DNA of 64,000 nt. Origin: Eledone cirrhosa (lineage: Eukaryota). A program made the position numbers and the translations under genes. Shown piece by piece: positions 52,071 to 64,000 of the stretch; position 1 is the first letter of the stretch, and each line of letters starts with the position of its first letter. Below the pieces are notes generated by a model. That model was not told the DNA's origin, did not search any database, and saw only the letters and a list, made by a program, of their open reading frames with translations. The stretch lies in NCBI GenBank assembly GCA_964016885.1, contig OZ024740.1, forward strand, positions 223,262,001 through 223,326,000, read 5' to 3'.

Positions 52071-55000
52071 TAGAGTTGATTTAGCTTCGTTCCAGTCATC
52101 CATCTCCCTACCTCACAATTTCCCTCCCACCACCATAGCTTATTCGACCAATCAAACCTCAGCATGCCATTTCTTCTGCTACTACTACCTAACTAACTCT
52201 CTCCTCCCCTCTCCCAGCCCAACACACCCTCCCATTATTCCACCACCACTGTTCTTCTAACCCTGAATTTTCCTACCGTTATGGATGGATGAGCTGAGAA
52301 TAAATTTGAACAACTCTGAATTAATAGATGAAATATGAATCTGCAAGCTACCAAGCACCCATGTGAAGCACCAACCAGAGACCCTGCTCTACGAGTGTCG
52401 ACAAATTCCCAAAACTCTAAGTTGGTACCATCAATGTAAGCACAATGAAAGGAAGAGCAGGAGAAATCGTAGAAATGCTAGGGCGAAAGGAAATTGATGT
52501 ATGCTGTGTGCAAGAGACTAGATGGAGAGGAGAGTCTGCTAGAGTCCTTGTAGGAAAAAGTCAGTGCTACAAATTTTTCTGGGTGGGAAATGACGATGGG
52601 ATGGGTGGTGTAGGTATACTACTAGCTGACAAGTGGGTAGATAAAGTAATCTCAGTGTACAGGGTAAATGCAAGAATCATTAAACTCAGACTAGTCCTGA
52701 ATAAAACAATTACCACAATAATATCAGCTTATGCACCCCAATCGGGGTTGCCAGACGAACTTAAGGATGGGTTTTACGAGTCCCTAATGCACACTACTGC
52801 TCTAACAAACGACAATGACTTCCTAATAATCGCAGGAGATTTTAACGAACTTGTAGGTAAACACTGCGATGGCTTCAATAGAGTCCATGGAGGCCATGGG
52901 GTTGGCACAGGAAATGAGGAAGGATTCAGACTTCTAGAATTCTGCGACGCCAATGACATGTCGATATGTAACACAAACTTCAAAAAACCCGACAACCACC
53001 TGATCACCTATAGATCAGGGGAGCATTCTAGTTAGATAGATTTTATCCTCATCAGAGGACGTGACAGATGGACGGTCGTAAACACAAAAGCCTTCCCTAG
53101 TGAGGAATGTACATCCCAACATAGCTTAGTTGTCAGCGACCTCACAGTCAGAACTAGACGAACCTGGAAACAGAGGCCAACCTGGAGAAGAAAGATCTGG
53201 AAGCTGAAAGACCCCTCAACCAGTAACAGATTTAAAGATATTTTACTCAACGCCTACGACAGTAAAGAAGAACAGATACAGACATTCAATGTAGAAGAGA
53301 ACTGGGAGTTCCTAAAAAATAACTTACTAGAGGCGACGGATGAGGTCTGTGGCTGGAGTAAGAACACAAGCAGGAGGAGAGTGACTTGGTGGTGGAACAA
53401 TAAGGTAGATGAGGCAGTTAAGGCCAAGAGACAGGCATGGAAAGAATGGAAGAATGGGGGGAGCAGGGTACATTACATAGAGACCAAGAGGGAAGCTAGG
53501 TGACAAGTATACTTAGCTAGGAGGGAAGCAGAGGATAGAAAATTCAAGCATGTTTTGCAACGTGAGGACCAGAAACAGGAGGTGTTCAAGATTGCGAAGC
53601 AATCTGTCAGAGAGAATTGTGATGTCATTGAAGAGAAGTGTATCCGGAATGATAAAGGTGAACTTGCCCTCACAAGTGCTGAGAAGAGAGATGCATGGAA
53701 GAGTCATTATGATAGATTACTAAACGAAGAGAATACATGGGAAGAAGAGACCATACCCCAAGTAGACCCTATAGAGGGGCCAGCAGTACAAGTCAGCAGC
53801 AGCGTAGTAAGTAAGGCAATCAAAGATATGAAGATGGGGAAGGCAACCGGTCCATTGGGTATAGCTGCCGAGATACTGAAGGCATCTGGGTCTGTAGGTC
53901 ACACTATAACCACACGTATTGTTAACCAGGTAATACTAGAAGGTGTCATACCAAAAGATTGGTGCAGTAGCATCATTGTCAACTGCTACAAAGGTAAAGG
54001 TGATGCACTAGATAGAGGAAACTATAGAGGTATAAAGCTGATGGACCAGGTCATGAAAGTAACAGAAAGAGTTATAGCACAGTTGAGTGTGGACCGGGTG
54101 AAACTAGACGAGATGCAATTTGGGTTTGTGCCAGGAAGAGGCACCACTGATGCCCTCTTCCTTGTGAGGCAGTTACAGGAAAAGTACCTAGCTAAAAGTA
54201 AGCCACTCTACCTGGCATTTGTCGATCTTGAGAAAGCCTTTGACAGAGTTCCACATGCTGTAATCTGGTGGGCTCTTAGAAAACTAGGAGTAGATGAATG
54301 GCTTGTGAAAGCGGTACAAGCCCTGTATAGGGGAGCAGTCAGCAAAGTTAGGATTAGCAATGAGTATAGCGAGGAATTTAGCGTACAGGTTGGGGTCCAC
54401 CAGGACTCTGTTCTTAGCCCCCTCCTGTTCATCATAGTCCTGCAGGCAATAATGGAGGAGCTTAAGACCGGATGTCCATGGGAACTCCTGTATGCTGATG
54501 ACCTTGCACTTATAGCTGAATCTATGGTAGAACTAGAGAAGAAATTCCAAATTTGGAAGCAGGGACTAGAAAGAAGGGGTCTCAAAGTGAACATGACAAA
54601 GACTAAGGTCCTTGTAAGTAGACGAGAAAACAGAACCCAGATCCCCCCAGGGAAATGGCCTTGCTTAGTATGTCGGAAAGGTGTAGGTAGGAACTCTATT
54701 CTCTACCCCATATGCAAACAATGGGTACACAAGAGATGTAGCGGGATCTCAGGAAGCTTAATTAAGAATGTAGGCTTCACATGCAGCAGCTGTGCTGGGA
54801 CAGCAAGCAGCAAACAGCCACAGGAAACAAGTACCACCAATCTCTGGGAGGGCTCTGTAGAAACAGTAGACAGCTTCTGCTACCTAGGTGACCGAATTAG
54901 CAGCGGAGGTGGGTGTTCAGAAAGTACAATAACTAGGGTAAGGACGGGATGGAAGAAGTTTAGGGAACTACTGCCACTGCTAGCTGCAAAAGGCTTTTCC

Positions 55001-55361
55001 CTCAAAATGAAAGGCAGACTGTATGATGCGTGTATACAAACAGCAATGTTACATGGTAGTGAGACCTGGGCGCTGAAGGTGGAAGACTTACGTAGATTAG
55101 AAAGAAACGAAGCCTGCATGCTCCGATGGGTGTGTAATAGTAATATAAGCGAACAGCAAAGCATAAATGAATTGAGAGAGAGACTGAACATAAGGGGAAT
55201 CAAATGCTGTGTGCAGGAGGGGCGGTTGTGTTGGTATGGACATTTTATGCAGCTGTCATCCTTCATACGCATCACAGGTGCAGAGCACTAGAAGTCGATG
55301 GAAACCGCGGAGTGGGGACACCCAAGATGACCTGGGATGAGGTGATAAAAGCCGACCTTAT
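52070..55361 (+). mobile_element. Near full-length RTE-clade LINE: pyrimidine-rich 5' UTR plus single APE endonuclease-RT ORF with internal PHD-like finger
   Basis: ORFs 52445-53035 and 53555-55291 are in the same frame. EN motifs GTINV, VQETRW, SAYAPQ, AGDFN, IDFIL; RT motifs NYRGIKL, QFGFVPGRGTTDA, AFVDLEKAFDRV, GVHQDSVLSPLLF, LLYADD, FCYLGD, LHGSETW. Confidence 0.93.
52421..55359 (+). pseudogene. RTE ORF (endonuclease/reverse transcriptase), disrupted
   Basis: In-frame TAG 53033-53035 and TGA 53501-53503, TAA just before VGTINV (52418-52420), and a 32-bp inversion with frameshift at 55244-55275. Confidence 0.9.
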
Positions 55362-55461
55362 ATATACACACACATACATATATATATATACACATACATA
55401 TATATATATATACACACATATATATATATATATACACATACATATATATACACATATATAT

Positions 55462-56075
55462 ATGGTGGCTGCCAACTCATTTTCGAGTATGGCCACTACA
55501 TTATATCCATGTAGGAGAACCCCTACCGATGAGCTGAACGAGTGTGACTTTTTAGTCCAGCCAGCGACTTGAAAACTCTGATACAAACACTACACTTGTG
55601 ACAATGATTGACACATAGTGCTGGGCCCATGGTACCAAGTGATGACAAGTGCAGAGAGATCTCCAGATATAAAATAATGCCTGTGCCGTGAAGCTTTTAT
55701 AGTGATCAAAGGCACTGCACAAAGCCAGTCCCACTCTCTTAACCTAGATGATATTTACCAAAAAGAAGAACAAGTCAATATCATTGGATACCATCAGGGT
55801 TGCAGGTGTTATTTCAGAGTTTTCCTTCTCCTAGATTTCTAGCTTGACAAAGGCTAAGGGGTCATCTCTCCCAGTGATTTTGGATGGCCATTGACTCTTA
55901 AGAGCTCCTTTTCCCTTTGACAGGTTTTGTTTTTAGCCCTGCAGGATGTCCAAAGTCACCCTCCTCACCAAGAAACCTTGGTGGGTTTGCCAGTTTAGTC
56001 GCCAACGACTCGACCATGAGACAGGTTGTACTGGGATACATGTTACCAGTAGCACCAACTGGTGAGCTGACACAA

Positions 56076-56076
<1 letters not shown>
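55462..56076 (-). mobile_element. Internally deleted non-autonomous RTE-like element (structured 5' leader plus C2H2 zinc-finger 3' end) between TA repeats
   Basis: Minus strand encodes a CSVC...FKSLAGLKSHTR finger. Closely similar copy at 29413-29812. Leader resembles 21390-21535 and 50000-50150. Confidence 0.65.
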
Positions 56077-56119
<43 letters not shown>

Positions 56120-56138
56120 GCACACATATATATATATA

Positions 56139-56185
<47 letters not shown>

Positions 56186-56257
56186 GCACACATATATATG
56201 TATATATGTGTATATATATATATACATACACCCATATATACATATACATATATAAAG

Positions 56258-56470
56258 GTGCAATTGTTAGAGAATTGGATTCACAATCGTGAGGTTGTGA
56301 TTTCAATTCCCAGACTGGGCAATACATTATGTCCTTAGGCAAGACACTTTATTTCACATTGTTCCTCATACCTGCAGTTGCAACTGATAGGTAGTATTAG
56401 CAATTGGAATGACCAATGGAATCACTGTTTTCTCAGTCTGATTTGACGAAAAGTCAGTCGACTGTCGATG
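56258..56470 (+). mobile_element. Second SINE family (tRNA-like head)
   Basis: GGATTCACAATCGTGAGGTTGTGATTTCAATTCCCAGACTGGGC...GGCAAGACACTTTATTTC; homolog at 9820-10050. Confidence 0.65.
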
Positions 56471-56479
56471 TTGATATAT

Positions 56480-57160
56480 ATCATCATCATCATCATCATC
56501 AACGTTTAACGTCCGTGTTCCACGCTTGCATGGGTTTGGACGGGGGTATTCCCACTTGAGGCAAGAGTGATTGTCTTGCTCGCATAGGACTGTCTGGCAG
56601 GTTTTCTACAGTTGGATGCCCTTCCTAACACCAACCACATTTACAGTGTGGGTCTGGGAGGTTTTTACCGTGTTGCCTACACGGCCACATTACAGCGTGG
56701 ACTGTGTGTTTTTTTGTCGTGACACCTACACGATCTCATTTGTTTCGGCCTGGATGGTGTTGCACCAACATAACTTTACATAGAACGGGGTGGTGTGGAT
56801 GGGGTGGGGGTGGTGGGGGTGGGACGGGGTGTATTTTGTTAGAGATGCCTACTGGCTGGAGTAGGTTTTACTATATATTTAGGTAAGGCGGGTCTTCTCT
56901 GTTACTGAGTACCGCCAAAGGTCTCGGTCCAGTGACATTGTCTTGGAGAGGTGTAAGTGTGTGATGTCGGAGTTTATCAGCTCATCCCAGGTTTTTCTAG
57001 GTCTGCCTATTCCGTGACTACCGTCTATCTTTATTGCCCTGCACTTTGTTATACATCTATCGACTTTCATGCGCATCACGTGTCCATACCAACGTAGCCT
57101 TCTCTCGAGTAAACAACATCTGATCCCTCTTATCTCTAATTTTTTCCTTAGTTCGTTTAT
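56480..57160 (-). mobile_element. 5'-truncated RTE LINE 3' fragment
   Basis: ORF 56879-57214 includes ELRKKLEIRGIRCCLLERRLRWYGHVMRM...GRPRKTWDE; 3' UTR and (GAT)n tail at 56481-56500. Confidence 0.85.
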
Positions 57161-57504
57161 ATATATATATATATATCCCATGATTCTGACATATATTAAA
57201 TACACATTTACCACTAGTATGTTCCAATATACACATCATCTAGGATTCTAATGTATCGTTATTGCTTCCTAAACTCTTGCTATAGTTTTAACCGCTCTCA
57301 TTGTTATGTCTGCCACTTACTACAATATACATAACCAGTAACTGAAGGGGGGGGGGGGGGCATATATTTCCTAGAATAGTTGGAAGCTAGCATCAAGAGT
57401 GTGAAAAACAACTTCAATTATATAAGTAAATATATAAATGTTCAACAGACGGATGTAGTAGTATCATTATCATTATTATTATTATTAGTACTAGTAGTAG
57501 TAAT

Positions 57505-57700
57505 GATTTCTACTATAGGCACAAGGCCAGAAATTTTTGGGGTGAGAGGAAAGTCGATTAAATTGACCCCAGTGCATTATTGGTGCTTTATTTTTATTGA
57601 CCCCGTAAGAATGAAAGGCAAAGCTAACCTAGGTAAGATTCAAACTCGGATCAGAATGGGCCATAACTCAATGCTACAAAGGATGGTGTCTGACACTCTA
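57505..57700 (-). mobile_element. tRNA-derived SINE
   Basis: Family blocks. Further older copies near 3625-3765, 5747-5940, 6820-7020, 8330-8460, 33400-33620, 39960-40150, 59200-59415 and 62960-63130. Confidence 0.75.
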
Positions 57701-58660
57701 ACAACAATAACAATAGCAAAGAAAGATAAGTCATGGCCAGGAAAATGTCATGAAGTATGACAAATTATGTCCAGAGAGTGAATCTAAGAATTGATATCAG
57801 TGAAAAGTGTGTATGAAAATAGTGAAATTATGTTATCATGGCACTGAGAATAAATAATGAAAAATGGAAGACTGAATATACTCTGGCATTGAAAATTGCC
57901 AAAAGTATGCATATCAGCAGATTGTTAAAGATTTAAGAAGGTTAAAATTGAAACAGGAATTCAATAGGTTTGGATTAGTCATGTCCCATATAATAGGGGA
58001 ATAGTTTTCTATACTGTGTACTTAAAGTATGGTAGTGTAAGAATAATATAGCATAAAAATCAGGTATGGTAGTTTTTCCAATATTGGCATCCAAAGAACT
58101 AATGTTCTATGACTAAATTCTGTACTCCTCCACGATAAGGTTATTTTTTAAATATATTCAATAAAGATTTATATTTTCTTATGAATATATGCACTCTTTA
58201 AAATAATTATTGTTTCATTTAATGTCTTATTAAAATAAGGGTGGCGGCCATTGTCTCAAAAAAGACTATAATAGGTTTGGGCTCTGGAGATGTTGGAAAA
58301 CCAGATAAGTGATATGTGAGGAAATAATTTTGAGAACCACTGAACTACAATAATACAATAAATGTTGTTTTCTTAGCTTGTTTTGTTGTGTTCAATGTGT
58401 AGTTTAGCCCAACACATTACATATAATCAATTCCGACACATTACATGTAATACTCCAAATATCATGACAGCTCATGACAGTTTATCCAATTGATATCTGA
58501 TGGTGTCTAGTTTTGTGTATGCTTTCAAGAAAGATATTCATTGCATTATTTTTTGCCATCAGTTTGAGATAACAAAAGAACTAATTAATTTACATCTTGT
58601 AACATCTGCAATGTAAACCGCAAGACCTAATAAATATCATCTATAAATTCAATTATATAT

Positions 58661-59045
58661 ATCCAATTGCACCTCTCAAAGGTGATGACACAGGACCGAG
58701 ACCTCTGGCATCACGCAGTAATACAGAAGACCTGGGTTCCCATGGTACAAGCCGAGACAATATGCCCTCACGCCCCTCCCACTGTAAAGTGGTCATGTAG
58801 GTGTCACGACAAAAAGCACCCAGTCCACACTTTAAAGTGGTCACGTAGGTGCCACGGTAAAAAAGCACCCAGTATTCACTGTAAATGAGGTTGGTGTTAG
58901 GAAGGGCATCCAGCTGTAGAAACCGAGCCAAAATCAGTCCTGTGTGAGCAAGACATGGTAACCCGACTTGGCATTGCCCACAACAGGACACCCTGTCAAA
59001 CCCATGCTAGCGTGGAAACATTGACGTAAAACGGGGATAATGATA
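58661..59045 (+). mobile_element. 3' end of RTE LINE (ORF end, 3' UTR, tail); probable continuation of the 52070-55361 element
   Basis: Reads IQLHLSKVMTQDRDLW, continuing TWDEVIKADL in the same register as the paralog TWDELINSDITHLHLSK. Has UTR tandem repeats and the CCCATGCTAGCGTGGAAAC...GAT tail. Confidence 0.8.
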
Positions 59046-61429
59046 TCCAACCACGTTCCAATACCACCCTTAATCCTTTCATGATCATGTTTCAAATGAA
59101 ATACAATACCTTTACCTTTCAATTAATTCTTCAAATAATTAAAAATTGTTAGGGATTTTCTGAAATAATTTATTTTCTCTATTAATAATTATGTGTATAG
59201 GATGGTTGGTTTGCAGAATTAGTAGACCATAGAATAGAAAGACTTTGCAGCATTTGTTCTGAATCTTTACATTCTGTATTCAAATCCTGCTGAGATTAAC
59301 CTTTTTTTTCATCCTTCTGAGGTTATAATAAAGTGCTATTTAAGTATTAAGGCTGATGTAATGAATTTCCCCAACCACTAAATTGCTGGCCACATGCATA
59401 AATTAGAAACCATTATTAAATTTAAAGTTATGATAGATTTAAGCATTTTAAAACAAACTGTATTGTGTCCTGGATGCTCACAGGCTGGTTAGATTAAAAA
59501 AAATAATTACCCACTTCAACACATTACACTAAAGGACAGTAACAATCTACTACTAACATATCTGGTGTACATAGTACTATACAAAATAAGTGTTATCAAA
59601 TCATCTTCATGCTATAAACAATACAACCAGAAAAACAACGCTGTCTAAAGAAGAGAAAATTCAATAAACTTCAAATTACTTAAGATAAACTTTAATATAA
59701 TCAGTATTGACATCAATACATACATTTCAAGTACCATATTTTGAGAGGTTTAAGATACAGTGGTGTAAAAGACACCCACTTATTTTGAAGAAACATTTCA
59801 GGCAAAAAATGTTATAGCATTATTTTAGATAGTTTTATTGACCAAAAATTCAACCTGATATTTATAAAAGACTGTTTAGTTCCAGCCACTACAGAATTCA
59901 AAGGGGTTACTACTAACTGTTTATATATGCTTTCACAGACCTGTCAACTCTCCTGCCTGATAGGGAGATCTCCCACCCACTTTGGGATGGGTGAGAGATG
60001 TCTTCTCTTGTGAAAATGAGTATAGATTTCATTATGTAAAATCTCCCCATTTTGCCTTGTTACCCCCTATTTTGGGGCACTTTTTTTCATGGTACTCTCC
60101 ATTTGAGTTTTTAGAGGTTGGCAGGTCTGCTTTCATTCCGGTATATTACCTACAATTCATTGTTCATTTTTATCAATTAGAGAGTAATGTTAAATAGTTA
60201 TGAAGAAAAATATCAATATTGGTTTTAATTGCATATTACAATGAACTAAGGCTATGCATGCGTCTCTAACTATGCAGCTATCTCTATGTGTAGCTAGTGT
60301 ATAATAAACATGATAATTATTTTATTCATAATATCAATGCATAGAACATTGGAAAATATAATATAGAACTATAGAAGAAAGGAAGCCAGTAAAAACATGA
60401 CAGAAGCCAGAACATATCTCTTACTACACACCATTGCACAAATATGCAGTGCTTTCAAAAAGTATCCAACTTTTCCTCAAAAACTAATGCTGTGTGAGAA
60501 AAATCTTTGGGTGGGATGTTTTGCCAACCTTCCTATGCCTACATGAACATTTTCATGCTGGTAGACTGCATCAACTCTCAGCTGTTATGCACACATTCAT
60601 ACAGAGACATCAGGGCAATAGGAAGCTGACAATTGATTCCCTAATCCTGCACAACCTTCCACAGCAGAGCCCAAGGAAAGCAGTCATGCTTTTTCAGGGT
60701 TTACAAAACAGGAATATACCTCTTTCTGGGTAGAACTGTTCTGCTAGGTCACAGGTGGTGGATAGCGATATGGCCACCAGATAAGATACTCAGTTGCAAT
60801 ATAAGTGTGCAACTGCTGAATGAATAAGCAACCACACACCAACAGCAGTAAATTACTAGGGGAGATAGAGCGATGGGTGACACCTGTAGCTCCCAATCAA
60901 ACTCTCATAACACAGTGACATAGCTGTAACAATGTGAGTAAAGGCTGCCTCTAAAAAACCCCATCTTTGCGGGTTTGACAAAATACCAGATTGGTGACCG
61001 TATGAATAAGACCACCAAAGTTGCAACTGCAATATGGGGAGAGGAATAAAAAAGAACCATACCATATCGTCTTTTATGCGGGTTAAAAAGGGATGTGTTC
61101 AGGACTTAGGTAAAGAGGCTGGTTTGAAAAATTTATAATGCAGTCTCCATTTCTTGCCTCAAAAGCTGGTGATGGGCCTGCAACCTATCCTAGGATGCAT
61201 GGAATGGATGCACAAATATTGTGTATCGCGAGATACCAAAGAGAAGGAAGCAAACCATCACAGTTTGATCCAAATACCTGAGAAACATCCTAAGGGATTC
61301 AGCTCCATAGATGGCTAGTTAAATCTGCATATGTGTGAGCTTTAACTTCATCATCAATACTTGGTTTATATTAATTACTTATAAAGTATTTGTTATTGGA
61401 CATGCCTTTTATTTTCAATGATGCCAATG

Positions 61430-61645
61430 GTTAGAATGCCTCAGAAAAGAATCGCTGGACAGATTTTATAGGCCAAACCAGCCTGCAGATGATTCAGGAG
61501 TAGAGTTGGATAGGATCCATGAGTTTGGCTGCTCTTGCTTGGGAATCCATCTGGATCAGTTGAAGATGGTTGCTTCTGACAGGACCTACTGGAAGGAGTG
61601 TGTGAGGACACTGCCCGACAAACCCTATCAGGAATAAGTAAGCAA
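61430..61645 (+). mobile_element. RTE-like 3' fragment (second subfamily)
   Basis: Reverse-complement similarity to 62645-62860. Confidence 0.55.
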
Positions 61646-62639
61646 AGCAGAAGAACGAGAAGAAATTTGGATACAAGTCTGTTGCAGATGTTAACTCCCA
61701 TCTGCTGCTGATATGGGTTAATTTCCAACAAAGTAGACTAGAACAATTTCAAATTACATGTCTTTCTCAAGAAAAAAATACTGTACTCTGTCCAGGATTT
61801 GAATTTGTGAACTTATGATCATGAGTCCAGCACACTAACCCCTTTACATGTACAAATATTCTCTACAGACAGTAAATCAATGTCATCTGTAGAACATCAA
61901 CATACCTAACATACATTCCCTCTTTTTTTTAAATCTTTTTCACCTAATTGATACACAGAGTAACAGAAGCTGGCAAAATCCTGATAAATACATTTTCAAC
62001 ATTCTTACCCATTAATGTTTGCTGTCTTCCTTTGCAAAATGTTTCATGCATATGTGATATGTCCAGACCCTGTTCTTTTTATTCTACCCACCCACCTTCT
62101 CTGTAAGAATTCTTATTCATGAAAAGTCTTTTAGTAGTAAACTGGGAACTCTAAACATAATCATTACACTATTTTTCTCTTGATTACAGTGTCATGCATT
62201 TATCATTACCAAAGATGCAAACAGGGTTGTGTCATTAAGAAGTTCATTTCATAATCATAGATTATGAAGTTTGATCACATTGCATGGCATCTTGGGCAAG
62301 TGTCATTAACCTAGTTCTAAGTCAACCCAACTCTTTTCAAAATGGGTAGACTGAAACTATATGGACGTTCATCACATGGACTGTATCTATAATTCAAAAT
62401 GACTGCCTTGCCAAATTGTAAAATTGTGGGGGCTTAAGTGAAAGGTACACATGTCTGTAAAATTACTCAACCACTTTTACATTTATTCCTGAATTAAATG
62501 TCCAGGTGATGAAACGACTGAATGCACATCATGGGAAATGAAGTAGTATCCATTATTACTATCATACATTATCCCACATTATTATTTCCACACTTTTTGG
62601 GGTGGTGAATTGGTGAAAGTATTGGAGCTGCTTCTTTGT

Positions 62640-62920
62640 CCACATATTCCTGAGAGGGTCATGGAGGCAGAGTCTTCAAACACTCCTTCCTGCAGATCTT
62701 GTCAGAAGCAACCATCTCCAACTGATCCAGCTGGATACCCAAGCATGACCAGCCAAGCTTATGGATGTCATCAAACCATCTTGCTCGGGTCTAACCTGGA
62801 TTTCCTGCCAGTTGGTTTTGCCCATAAAATCTGTCCTGTGATTCTTTCCTAAGACATTCTAACTGCATGCTCATAATATCAGAGCTGTGATCTCTCAATT
62901 CAGTGAAGTAGCATCTCTGA
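62640..62920 (-). mobile_element. RTE-like 3' fragment (second subfamily)
   Basis: Similar to 37570-37870. Confidence 0.6.
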
Positions 62921-64000
62921 TAATTAGAATATTTGATAACATCTTCTGCATTATTTGTTCTGGTTCTTCATGCCGTGTTCAAATCCTACAAAAGTCAACT
63001 TTGCCTTTGATATGCTTGATAAATTAAAGTACCAATCAAATATTGAATCTATTTAATTAAATTTTCTCTCCCCACAAAAAAAAAGGGACAAAAACAAATT
63101 GCTGACCATGTGCCAAAATCAGAAACCATGCCATTACCACAATATTTCACACATAATCATTATCAACACTTTTATATCTGCAATGCTTTTTCAAAATTCA
63201 TTTACTGAGCATTATTTTCACCACATTACATCCATGTATTTGCCTTCATACAATATATTATTAATTTAAGTTTTATGTCTTTACTATAGCACTAATACTT
63301 CTAAATCATAACATTTTAAAACATGTAATATGATAGCTAGTGTTCAAAACCATCAAATATCTTAATTAAGAAAAATTTCTTAAGAGAAATTATTACTTCT
63401 GTTTTCAATTATTTATTAATTCAAGTGTAATGAGATTTGATAATTTTTCCATTACTGGCTATGAACTGCCATAAAAAGAATTAAAAAGTAGTCCAAAGAA
63501 AAAAAAAGATATTGATTCATACGTGTAAAAAAATATAATTTTAATTAAATTTACAGGAAATATTAATAGTTAATTCTGTTCTCATATAGACATACGGACA
63601 ATTAGATTTTTCTTTATATCTGCATTTTCAAAACAATTTGTACTATGCAAGGAAGAAAGAAAAATGATGATTTTTAATGTATGTAACTGATAAAGTCATC
63701 GCTCTGTTAAAGACTACTTAAACATTTTATTAATGAAGAAGAACATATCAAAGATACGTCAACCATTACAGATAAAAGTCTAAAGATCATGAAATATATT
63801 TCGATATAAATATGTATATTAAGAGTTGATCATTTCCTGAAATAGATATAGAAATATAATAAGTATTATTGATTGAGAAATAGCTTATTCATATCTCCAA
63901 TTCTAGAAAAGAGATTGAGTGGAAATTATTAACAGTTTCTTAAATAAAACTATAATTCCTTTATTTTTTTGTATTTTGTATGTAGAGTAAAAGTTTTGCA

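Noticed and set aside
60745-61100. HDV-like or twister ribozyme in an RTE 5' UTR-like segment
   Set aside because: Only short resemblances (CCTGTAGCTC; GAATAAGCA); the required pseudoknot pairings could not be built.

Overview
AT-rich, microsatellite-rich animal DNA with no supportable host protein-coding exon. The tRNA-derived SINEs, RTE LINEs with (GAT)n tails and TA/CA arrays suggest a coleoid cephalopod such as Octopus (inference). The window is mostly retroelements: a nearly intact PHD-finger RTE LINE (about 52.07-55.36 kb, resuming at 58.66-59.04 kb), many RTE 3' fragments, Tx1/L1, R4/Dong-like and Penelope-like fossils, about 20 SINE copies and several MITEs. The standout is a young, non-coding 869-bp insertion (18197-19065) bounded by a 12-bp target-site duplication. 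It is built from a 421-bp unit present as about 1.25 direct copies plus an inverted copy, and it carries two type I hammerhead ribozyme motifs on opposite strands (long stem I, palindromic minimal stem III, atypical U-U at the base of stem II). This is a candidate retrozyme / circular-RNA retroelement, apparently sitting in a decayed Penelope-like ORF. Other notable structures are a second, decayed hammerhead family, an inverted SINE pair under one 17-bp TSD, fold-back hairpins at 5' ends of RTE fragments, and a 32-bp micro-inversion plus a 3.3-kb interruption in the RTE LINE.
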